From: an uncultured Acidimicrobiales bacterium
GTDB taxonomy: Bacteria; Actinomycetota; Acidimicrobiia; Acidimicrobiales; SZUA-35
DNA: 64,000 bases
Assembly (NCBI GenBank): GCA_963723995.1
Contig: CAVRSZ010000008.1
Location: 462,555 to 526,554 of the forward strand
Direction of reading: 5' to 3'
This document shows, piece by piece, positions 54,619 through 62,683 of this stretch; position 1 is the stretch's first letter, and each line of letters begins with the position of its first letter. The notes beneath the pieces are model-generated. The model saw nothing but the letters and a program-made list of their open reading frames with translations. It had not been told where the DNA came from and did not search any database. The position numbers and the translations under genes are program-made.

Positions 54619-55241
54619 CCGGATCGGCATCATCGGACCGGCTGGAGGTCCTGTCGGTCACCGGAGCGGGCGCCGGCGGCGGTGGGCCGATCGAGGGCAC
54701 GGCCTGGGTGTTCGGCGACAACATCGACACCGACGTGATCGTGCCCGGCAAGTATCTGGTTCACGACCTGCCCGAGATTGCCAAGCACGTGATGGACGGC
54801 ATTCGCCCCGGGTTCGCCCAGGAGATCTCGCCCGGCGACATCGTGGTCGGAGGTCGCAACTTCGGCAACGGCTCCAGCCGGGAGATGGCGCCCCGGGGGT
54901 TGCAGGCGGCCGGAGTTGGAGCCGTGGTGGCCCGCAGCTTCGCCCGCATCTTCTTCCGCAACTGCATCAATGTCGGGCTGGCCCCGGTCGAGTGTGGCGA
55001 CGCCGACCGCATCGAGGAAGGCCAGCGGCTCTCGATCGACCTGGCCGCCGGGAGGATCACCGTGATCGACACCGGAGAGGTGCTGGACGCGGTGGCTCTG
55101 CCCGAGGAGATCGGTTCCATCCTGGCCGTGGGTGGTATGGAGAACTATCTGGCCGCCACCCTCAAGCCGGGCGGGGGGAAATCGGGTGAGGGGAATGCCG
55201 CCACGATGAAGGCGGCCACGACGAAACGGAGCGGGACATGA
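54615..55241 (+). CDS. aconitase-family dehydratase small subunit (LeuD-like)
   Basis: VFGDNIDTDVIVPGKYL..., GGRNFGNGSSREMAP..., with an ATGA overlap to the large subunit. Confidence 0.8.
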   Translation: MTGSASSDRLEVLSVTGAGAGGGGPIEGTAWVFGDNIDTDVIVPGKYLVHDLPEIAKHVMDGIRPGFAQEISPGDIVVGGRNFGNGSSREMAPRGLQAAGVGAVVARSFARIFFRNCINVGLAPVECGDADRIEEGQRLSIDLAAGRITVIDTGEVLDAVALPEEIGSILAVGGMENYLAATLKPGGGKSGEGNAATMKAATTKRSGT

Positions 55242-56153
55242 CCACCCCGGCCGCCCGACTGCGCCGACTGCTCGACGAGTCGCCCCCGATCGTCGCCCCC
55301 GGTGCCTTCAACGCCCTCTTCGCCCGACTCATCGAGGATCAGGGCTTCCCCGCCGTCTATCTCAGCGGCGCCGGGGTGGCCAACTCGTTGCTCGGTCGGC
55401 CCGATCTCGGCATCGTGACCCAGAGCGAGATGGTGGCGGTCGCGGAGTACGTGTGCGACGCCGTCGACGTACCCGTGATCTGCGACGGCGACACCGGCTA
55501 CGGCGGCGTGCACAACGTGGCCCGCACCATCGGCCTCTACGAGCGGGCCGGGGTGGCCGCCATCCAGCTCGAGGACCAGGCCTTCCCCAAGAAGTGCGGC
55601 CACTTCGAGGGAAAGACGGTGGTCGGTCCGGAGGAGATGGTCCAGCGAATCGTCGCCGCCAGGGACGCCCGCTCCGGTGACGACGGCATCCTGATCATCG
55701 CCCGAACCGACGCCCGGGCCCCGCTCGGTCTCGACGAGGCCATGGATCGGGCTCACCGCTACGCCGAGGCCGGAGCCGACATCCTCTTCGTCGAGGCCCC
55801 GCAGACCACCGACGAGCTGGCCCGTGTCGGCACCGAGCTGGCCGGCCGCCGGCTCATGGCCAACATGGTGGAGTTCGGCAAGACCCCGCTGCTGCCGGCC
55901 GATCGACTGGGGGAGCTGGGTTTCCATCTGCGTGATCTACCCCGGGGCCCTCACCCGGGCGCTGGTCCCGGTTGCCCGCCAGGTGCTGGACGATCTCGGC
56001 CGGGAGGGCTCGACCCTGTCCTGGTTGGAGCGCATGGCCACCTTCCAGGAGGTCAACGACGTGGTCGGCCTGCCCGAGGCCAATCAATGGGAGGCCGACG
56101 TGGCCCGCCGGGCCGCCGACGGTCCACCGACAACACAGGGAGCCGAGCGATGA
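55238..56153 (+). CDS. isocitrate lyase / PEP mutase family lyase (PrpB / dimethylmalate-lyase-like); frame disrupted near 55920-55935
   Basis: VAPGAFNALFARL, ICDGDTGYGG and IQLEDQAFPKKCGHF... are in one frame. The C-terminus VIYPGALTRALVPVARQVLDDL... is in the next frame. The span is 916 nt, not a multiple of 3. Confidence 0.75.
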
Positions 56154-56566
56154 ACAACACGTCAGGGGTGGGTGAACCCGGGGTCAAGGCCATCCTGGGC
56201 TACGACATCGCCGAGGGGGTGTCGGTGGATGAGTACGAGCGGTGGCTGGCCGACGTGCACTTCCCCGATCTGCTGGCCAATCCCCACCTCGACCGCCTGG
56301 TGGCCAACGATGTGGTCCGACCCATCACCGCCACCAGTGCCGGTACCGCTACCGGCGCTGAAGGGGGCGCACCGACCACGTTCTACCGCATCGTGGAACT
56401 GCACTTCGCCGACCACGACGCCTACCGGCGCTACCTCGACTGGTTCGAGGCCAACCCCATCGACCCATCGCGGGGACCGGCCGGTCGCACCGAGTTCCGG
56501 TTCTACGTGTTGACCGACTCGACGGTCATCGACCGTGACCACCCCTACCAACGGCCGGTCGGCTGA
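56150..56566 (+). CDS. small hypothetical protein (138 aa), possibly EthD-like alpha+beta barrel
   Basis: Its ATG overlaps the lyase stop (ATGA). VSVDEYERWLADVHFPDLL...YRIVELHFADHDAYRRYLDW is suggestive only. Confidence 0.4.
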   Translation: MNNTSGVGEPGVKAILGYDIAEGVSVDEYERWLADVHFPDLLANPHLDRLVANDVVRPITATSAGTATGAEGGAPTTFYRIVELHFADHDAYRRYLDWFEANPIDPSRGPAGRTEFRFYVLTDSTVIDRDHPYQRPVG

Positions 56567-56595
56567 CCGGCATCCCGACCCAGCCAAGGAGTGAC

Positions 56596-57270
56596 ATGGA
56601 GTCCTCGGATCTCACCCCCCGCCAGTACTACGAGCACATCAGGGCGAACCCCAATCGAGTCCGCTTCGGGTTCGGGGCCAAGGCGGCGCTGGTCAACATC
56701 GATCTGCAGAACGCCTACACGAAGGTCGGCGAGTTCCCCACCGCCTACGAGACCGACCCCCATCAGCTCGACTATGTGAACCAGCTGGTGGCCGCCACCC
56801 GGGCCCGTGGCTGGCCCGTGGTCTGGACCTACGTGGCCTACATGGAGTCGGGCGAGGACTGCGGGATATGGGGGACCAGGACCGACACCGAGAACTCGCT
56901 GCAGAACATCAAGCGGGGTTCCCGCCGGGCCGAGCTCGACGACCGGCTCGACGTCGACCGGGTTCGAGACGTCATCTACGAAAAGAAGATGCCGTCGCCG
57001 TTCTTCGAAACCCCGCTGCAGAGCCTGCTGGTGTGGCATCAGGTCGACACCGTGATCATGACCGGCGGTTCCACCTCGGGTTGTGTCCGGGCCGGAGTGG
57101 TCGACTCGCTGTCCCGGGGCTACCGGACCATCATCCCCGAGGAGTGCGTGGCCGACAAGCACGAAATTCCCCACTTCGCCAACCTGTGCGACATCTCCCT
57201 CAAGTACGGCGATGTGGTGCCCTTCGCCGAGGTGCTGGACTACCTGCGGACAGGAGGTGACGGTGAGTAG
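56596..57270 (+). CDS. isochorismatase-family cysteine hydrolase (amidase type)
   Basis: AALVNIDLQNAY (Asp), ...KKMPSPFF (Lys) and IMTGGSTSGCVRA (Cys), the catalytic triad pattern. Confidence 0.75.
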   Translation: MESSDLTPRQYYEHIRANPNRVRFGFGAKAALVNIDLQNAYTKVGEFPTAYETDPHQLDYVNQLVAATRARGWPVVWTYVAYMESGEDCGIWGTRTDTENSLQNIKRGSRRAELDDRLDVDRVRDVIYEKKMPSPFFETPLQSLLVWHQVDTVIMTGGSTSGCVRAGVVDSLSRGYRTIIPEECVADKHEIPHFANLCDISLKYGDVVPFAEVLDYLRTGGDGE

Positions 57271-58292
57271 CCCGAGCGAGACTCCGACCAGCGCACCATC
57301 CACCGGCACCGGGCCGACCGTTCCCATGCGGGAACCGTTCTCCGAGCCGTCCGACCCCTGCCTCTACGAGTACTGGCCGTGGGCAGGCCGACCGAAGCTG
57401 ACCTGGCCCGACGGGGCCCGGGTGGCGTTCTGGGTGGCCCCCAACATCGAGTTCTACGAACTCCATCCCCAGCCCAACCCCACCCGCAAGGCCTGGCCCC
57501 GACCCGAGCCCGATGTGTTGAACTACTCGCTGCGGGACTACGGCAACCGCGTCGGCACCATGCGCATGATGGAGGCGATGGACCGTCACGGGGTGCGGGG
57601 CAGCGTGTCGCTCAATGTGGCCGTCTGCCAGCACCACCCGGAGCTGATCGAGGCGTGCCTGGAGCGGGACTGGGAGATCTTCTCCCACGGCATCTACAAC
57701 ACCCACTACTCCTACGGCATGACCGAGGCCCAGGAGCGGGCCGTGATCGAGGACTCGCTGGAGACGGTGGAGCGGGCCACACGGGCAACGAATCGCCGGC
57801 TACCTGGCCCCGGCCCTGACCCACACCGAGCGGACCATGGACCTGCTGGCCGAATACGGCATCCTCTACACCTGCGATCTGTTCTGCGACGACCAGCCCC
57901 AGCCGGTCAACGTGCGCTCCGGTCGGCTCATCTCCATCCCCTACTCGCTGGAGATGAACGACATCATCGTCTACAACGTCAATCAGCAGTCACCACGGCG
58001 CTACGCCGAGATGCTGAAGGCCAACTTCGATCAGCTCTACGCCGATGGGGCCGAGAACGGCACGGTGATGTGCATCCCGCTCCATCCCTACGCCGTCAGC
58101 CGGCCCCACCGCATCGACGCCTTCGAGGAGGCCATCGAGTACATCACCGGCCACGACGACGTCTGGGTCACCACCGGGCGGGAGATCGCCGAGTACTACT
58201 TCGAGCACCACTACGACACGGCGCTGGCCGCCATCGTCGACCACCAGGCCTCTGTTCGGGCCAGGGGTGCCGAGGGCGGGGAGGTGGCATGA
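57263..58292 (+). CDS. polysaccharide-deacetylase/PuuE-like amidohydrolase (paralog 1); frame disrupted near 57775-57795
   Basis: The N-terminal part ...RVAFWVAPNIEFYE...RDYGNRVG...GHGIYNTH is in one frame. GQRIAGYLAPALTHTERTMDLLAEYGILYTCD...IPLHPY... is in the next frame. The start may be ATG 57326. Confidence 0.65.
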
Positions 58293-59254
58293 TGTTGGAA
58301 CCTCACCCCTCCCTGCCCGATTCCTACATGCAGTTCGCCCACCGGGGCTACGGCATGGACCATCGGTGGTACGAGTGGTCGATGCTGCACCAACGGGAGC
58401 CGGTGCGCTGGCCCGACGGGGCCCGGGTTGCGGTGTGGGTGAACGTGGCCCTCGAGTTCTTCCCCCTCGACCAACCGCTCCAGCCGTTCAAGGCGCCCGG
58501 TGGCATGGTCACCCCCTATCCCGATCTGCGACACTACACCTTACGGGACTACGGCAACCGTGTTGGTGTGTTCCGGGTGTTCCGGCTGCTCGATGACCTG
58601 GGCATGAAACCGTCGGTCAGCTTCAACTCGAAGGTGGCCCAACGGTATCCCCGACTCATGGACGAGGTGGTGTCCCGAGGCTGGGAGGTGGTGGCCAACG
58701 GCGTCGACATGGGCCGCCTCCACCACGGCGGGCTCGACACCGACACCGAAGCCGCCATGATCGACGAGTCGTTGAATGTGCTGCGGTCGATGTCGGATCA
58801 GGCGGTGACCGGCTGGCTCTCTCCGGCCCGATCGGAGTCGGGCAACACCCTGGATCTGCTGGCGGCCCGAGGCGTGGACTATGTGTGCGATTGGTACAAC
58901 GACGACATGCCGTTCCCGTTGACCACGGCCAACGGTGTGCTCCACGCCATGCCCCTGAGTCATGAGCTCGACGATCAGACCGTCCAGCTCCACTACCAGC
59001 AGTCGGAGCACTCGTTCGTCGACCAGGTGTCGGACGCCATGGCCGTCGTCCACCGCGAAAGCTCGACCGACGACGGCCGAATCCTGTCACTGACCATCCA
59101 TCCCTGGATGTCGGGTCAACCCCATCGCATCGGCGCCTTGGGCCGGGCATTGGAGAACCTTTCCTCCTATGACGAGGTGTGGATGGCGTCGGGGGCCGAC
59201 ATCCTGGCCGCCTTCACCAACCCGGCAATCGGACACGAAGCAACAGAACGTTGA
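58289..59254 (+). CDS. polysaccharide-deacetylase/PuuE-like amidohydrolase (paralog 2)
   Basis: RVAVWVNVALEFF..., RDYGNRVG..., ...VTGWLSPARSESGNTLDLLAARGVDYVCDW... and TIHPWMSG. It has an ATGA overlap with paralog 1. Confidence 0.7.
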   Translation: MMLEPHPSLPDSYMQFAHRGYGMDHRWYEWSMLHQREPVRWPDGARVAVWVNVALEFFPLDQPLQPFKAPGGMVTPYPDLRHYTLRDYGNRVGVFRVFRLLDDLGMKPSVSFNSKVAQRYPRLMDEVVSRGWEVVANGVDMGRLHHGGLDTDTEAAMIDESLNVLRSMSDQAVTGWLSPARSESGNTLDLLAARGVDYVCDWYNDDMPFPLTTANGVLHAMPLSHELDDQTVQLHYQQSEHSFVDQVSDAMAVVHRESSTDDGRILSLTIHPWMSGQPHRIGALGRALENLSSYDEVWMASGADILAAFTNPAIGHEATER

Positions 59255-59282
59255 CGACTCTGCTGATGGCGAGGACACGACA

Positions 59283-60335
59283 ATGACAACCGCTCCGACC
59301 ATGATTCCGGAAACGCCGGCTGCCTGGATGGGGTCCGACCTGGCCGCCGCCCCCGAGTGTTGGACCCGGCGCTGGACCGGCGACCAGTTGGGCGAGCTCC
59401 TGACCCTGGCCCGTCGCCACCTCGACGACGATCTGACGACGCTCGACCTGGGCAGCGAGGTGCCCGAGACCCTGCGAACGCTGGCCGCCGACATCCGCTC
59501 CGACCTGATCGACGGTTTGGGTTTCACCCTGCTCAAGGGTTACCCGGTAGGTGAGCTCGATCGTCGGCTCGAGGCCGTGGGATTCATGATCCTGGGCCGC
59601 CTGCTCGGCACTCTCCGGTCGCAGAATGCGGCCGGGCACCTGCTGGGCCACGTCAAGGATGTGGGCGGTGATCTCGGTGATCCCGGTACTCGTATCTATC
59701 AGACCAACGAGCGCCAGAGCTTCCACACCGATTCCGTCGACTGTGTCGGGCTGCTGTGTCGGACCACCGCGGTGTCGGGCGGGCGGTCCCAACTGGCAAG
59801 TGCCGAAACCGCCTACCGGATCATGACGGAGCGTCGCCCCGATCTGGCCCCGGCCATGTTCGAGCCCATCGCCACCGATCGGCGGGGCGAGATCCCCGAG
59901 GGCGCCGATCCCTGGTTCGAGATCCCGGTGTTGTCGTGGTACGAAGGGCGCCTCACCGTGCTCTATCAGCGGACCTATATCGCGTCGGCCTCCCGGTTCC
60001 CCGACGCCCCACGACCCACGGCCCGACAGCTCGAAGCCCTCGACGTGTGGGATGAGATCGTCAACGAACCCGAGGTCCACCTGACCATGGATCTGGAGCC
60101 GGGTGACATCCAGTTCGTGTACAACCACGCCCTGCTCCATGATCGAACCGGCTTTGTGGACCATCCCGATCCGGCGAAGCGTCGGCACCTGCTGCGGCTC
60201 TGGGTGTCGCTACCCGGCGACCGTCCACTGCCCGACGTGTTCGCCCAGCGCTATGGCTCGGTGGTGCCCGGTGATCGGGGTGGCATCGTGCTCAGCGAGA
60301 CCCGGCTGTCGGTCCCCCTCGACGTCGACGCCTGA
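59283..60335 (+). CDS. TauD/TfdA-family Fe(II)/2-oxoglutarate dioxygenase
   Basis: FHTDSVD (HxD), ...NHALLHDRTGF (distal His) and RHLLRLW. Confidence 0.75.
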   Translation: MTTAPTMIPETPAAWMGSDLAAAPECWTRRWTGDQLGELLTLARRHLDDDLTTLDLGSEVPETLRTLAADIRSDLIDGLGFTLLKGYPVGELDRRLEAVGFMILGRLLGTLRSQNAAGHLLGHVKDVGGDLGDPGTRIYQTNERQSFHTDSVDCVGLLCRTTAVSGGRSQLASAETAYRIMTERRPDLAPAMFEPIATDRRGEIPEGADPWFEIPVLSWYEGRLTVLYQRTYIASASRFPDAPRPTARQLEALDVWDEIVNEPEVHLTMDLEPGDIQFVYNHALLHDRTGFVDHPDPAKRRHLLRLWVSLPGDRPLPDVFAQRYGSVVPGDRGGIVLSETRLSVPLDVDA

Positions 60336-60353
60336 CCCCCGTCCCTCCGGAGC

Positions 60354-61424
60354 TTGGCTGCCGCGTGGTCGATGATGCACGATGGTGAGGTGATCGCCGA
60401 CGTGCATCGTCACCAGTTCGCCGCCGGGCAGGGCTATTTGAACACCGCAGCGGTCGGTTTGCCCCCACGGCGGGCCATGACCGTCATCCGCCGCCACCTC
60501 GAGGATTGGGAGGCCGGTCGCTGTGACCCGTACGCCTTCGACGCCGACGTCGCTCGGGCCCGGGTCGCCTTCGCCCATCTGGTTGCCTGCCGATCCGACT
60601 GTGTGGCCATCATCACCGCAGTGTCGGTGGCCAGCGGCTTGGTGGCCTCCTCCCTACCCGACGGAGCCCGGGTGTTGTGCGCCGAGGAGGACTTCACCTC
60701 GGTGCTGTTCCCGTTCCTGGTCGACGAGCGGCTCGAGGTCGTCACGGTGCCGCTGGATCGACTGCTCGACTCGGTCGATCACGGCATCGATCTGGTGGCG
60801 GTGAGTGCGGTGCAATCTGCCGACGGCCGGGTGCTCGACCTCGACGCACTGGCCTCGACCTCCGATGAGCACGGGGTGCGGACCTATGTCGACGTCACCC
60901 AGTCCGCAGGCTGGCTGCCCATCGACGCCGAGCGGTTCGATGTCACCGCCTGCGGTGGCTACAAGTGGTTGTGTGCTCCCCGGGGCACCGGCTTCGTGAC
61001 GGTGGCCGATCGCTGCGACTGGCTGGTGCCCCGTCTGGCCGGCTGGTACGCCGGTGATGATCCGTGGGCCTCGATCTACGGTCCACCGCTGCGGCTGGCC
61101 CACGATGCCCGACGGTTCAACCTGTCCCCGCCCTGGTTCGATATCGCCGCCGCCGCCGAATCGTTGGAGATCCTGGCCGGAATCGGGGTTGGTGAAGTGG
61201 GCTGCTACAGCGTGGACCTGGCCAACCGGTTCCGAGCTCACCTCGACCTGCCCCCCGGCAACAGCGCCATCGTGGCCGTCGACACCGACCGTGGTGACCG
61301 CCTGACCGAGGCCGGCATCGCCGCCTCCAGTCGGGCCGGCAGGGTCCGCCTGTCGTTCTATCTCTACAACAGCGAGGACGACGCCGACCGGGCCGCCGAT
61401 GTTCTGGCCGGGCGATGTGGCTAG
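60354..61424 (+). CDS. class V aminotransferase / cysteine-desulfurase-fold PLP enzyme
   Basis: YLNTAAVGLPP..., ...ACGGYKWLCAPRGTGF (PLP-Lys motif); the start is uncertain. Confidence 0.7.
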   Translation: MAAAWSMMHDGEVIADVHRHQFAAGQGYLNTAAVGLPPRRAMTVIRRHLEDWEAGRCDPYAFDADVARARVAFAHLVACRSDCVAIITAVSVASGLVASSLPDGARVLCAEEDFTSVLFPFLVDERLEVVTVPLDRLLDSVDHGIDLVAVSAVQSADGRVLDLDALASTSDEHGVRTYVDVTQSAGWLPIDAERFDVTACGGYKWLCAPRGTGFVTVADRCDWLVPRLAGWYAGDDPWASIYGPPLRLAHDARRFNLSPPWFDIAAAAESLEILAGIGVGEVGCYSVDLANRFRAHLDLPPGNSAIVAVDTDRGDRLTEAGIAASSRAGRVRLSFYLYNSEDDADRAADVLAGRCG

Positions 61425-61636
61425 AGTGCGGCGGGACGGCGCCCGCCGCTTGAAGTTCGGCCTCCGGCAAACGTTCCTGAGACGTGCCGCACTGTTGAAT
61501 GATCCAAGAACCGAGGAACGCTAGAGTGCGGCGGGACGGCGCCCTGCCACCGGCCGCTGGCGGCTTGCAGTTCGGCCTCCGGCCGAACGTTCCTGAGACT
61601 TGCCGCACTGTTGAATGATCCGAGAACCGAGGAACG
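61421..61636 (+). repeat. tandem duplication (100 nt + 116 nt) of a structured leader element
   Basis: Copies span 61421-61520 and 61521-61636. Each has an 8-bp closing stem AGTGCGGC...GCCGCACT and an internal TTCGGCC-TCC-GGC(C/A)(G/A)AA hairpin. Copy 2 carries a ~16-nt insertion and contains the ATG of the downstream gene. Confidence 0.85.
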
Positions 61637-62670
61637 CCAGGCAACGCCTGCAGCTCCTGACCAGCCGGCAGGTGAACCTGCTGCTGGAGGTGTTTGTCTT
61701 GGCGGCTGCCGCCACCGGCCTGCTGTCGTGGATCGTGCCCCTCGACGCCGCTCGTGCCGTGACCGCGGTTCACGCCGTGGTCGGGCTGACGATGGTTGTA
61801 CTGGCCCCGCTCAAGATCCGGGGGTCGGTGCGGACCGGGTTCAGGCGCCGCCGTACCACCCGTTGGCTGTCGGCCGGCTTCGGCCTGACGGTGGTGGCTA
61901 CCGTGGTGCTGGGCCTGGCCCATGCCACTGGATTGTGGTTCGGGGTGGGCTACTGGAGCGCGTTGTGGACCCACACCCTGGCCGGTGCCGTCGTCCTCCC
62001 GTTGTTGATCTGGCACGTCATCACTCGCCCGGTCCAGCCCTCCACCACCGATCTGACCCGGCGGGCCGTGCTCAGCACCGGAGCGGCCACCGTCGTCTCG
62101 GCGATGATGGTCGGTGCCCAGGAACTCTCGGTGGATGCTCTGGGCCTGGCCGGCGCCGACCGGGTCGGAACCGGATCCCACGATGCCGGATCGTTCGACC
62201 CCGATGCCATGCCGGTGGTCCAGTGGCTCAACGATTCGGTTCCGGTTGACACCGACCCCGAGGGCTGGTCGTTGACCGTGCTCGGCGCACCGGTGGCCAT
62301 CACCGAACTGTGGGCCGCTGCCCGCTCCGTCACGGCCCGCCTCGACTGCACCGGAGGCTGGTTCGCCGTCCAGAACTGGGACGGGGTGCCGCTGTCGTCG
62401 CTGCTGTCGACCTTGCGTCCGGCCGGCGTATCGGGGCGCAGCATCACCGTCACGTCGGCGACCGGCTATCGTCGCCGGTTCCCCCTGTCGGCCGCCGATC
62501 GGCTCCATCTGGTCGTGGGCTATGACGGCCGCCCGCTGCGCTCCGGTCACGGCGGTCCGGTCCGCCTGGCGGTCCCCGGTCAGCGAGGTCCCCAGTGGGT
62601 CAAGTGGGTCGTGCGGGTCGAGGTGTCGTCGGTGCCGGCCTGGGCCCAATCGCCATTGCCGCTGAGCTGA
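61615..62670 (+). CDS. membrane-anchored molybdopterin-dependent oxidoreductase (sulfite-oxidase/YedY fold)
   Basis: It has N-terminal TM helices and then ...ARLDCTGGWFAVQNWDGVPLSSLL (Mo-ligand Cys motif) and GGPVRLAVPGQRGPQWVKWV. Confidence 0.75.
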   Translation: MIREPRNARQRLQLLTSRQVNLLLEVFVLAAAATGLLSWIVPLDAARAVTAVHAVVGLTMVVLAPLKIRGSVRTGFRRRRTTRWLSAGFGLTVVATVVLGLAHATGLWFGVGYWSALWTHTLAGAVVLPLLIWHVITRPVQPSTTDLTRRAVLSTGAATVVSAMMVGAQELSVDALGLAGADRVGTGSHDAGSFDPDAMPVVQWLNDSVPVDTDPEGWSLTVLGAPVAITELWAAARSVTARLDCTGGWFAVQNWDGVPLSSLLSTLRPAGVSGRSITVTSATGYRRRFPLSAADRLHLVVGYDGRPLRSGHGGPVRLAVPGQRGPQWVKWVVRVEVSSVPAWAQSPLPLS

Positions 62671-62683
62671 TCGGCCGGTGGTG

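Noticed and set aside
55238-59254. 442-aa and 723-aa ORFs read as single multi-domain proteins
   Set aside because: Both are chimeras of adjacent genes joined by open wrong-frame stretches after single-base frame breaks. The family motifs resolve them into a lyase plus a small protein, and into two deacetylase paralogs.
61421-61640. Calling the duplicated leader a Moco riboswitch outright
   Set aside because: The resemblance is limited to a GCCUCCG-like segment and the gene context, and it rests on memory of the motif. Without a covariance-model score it stays a hypothesis.
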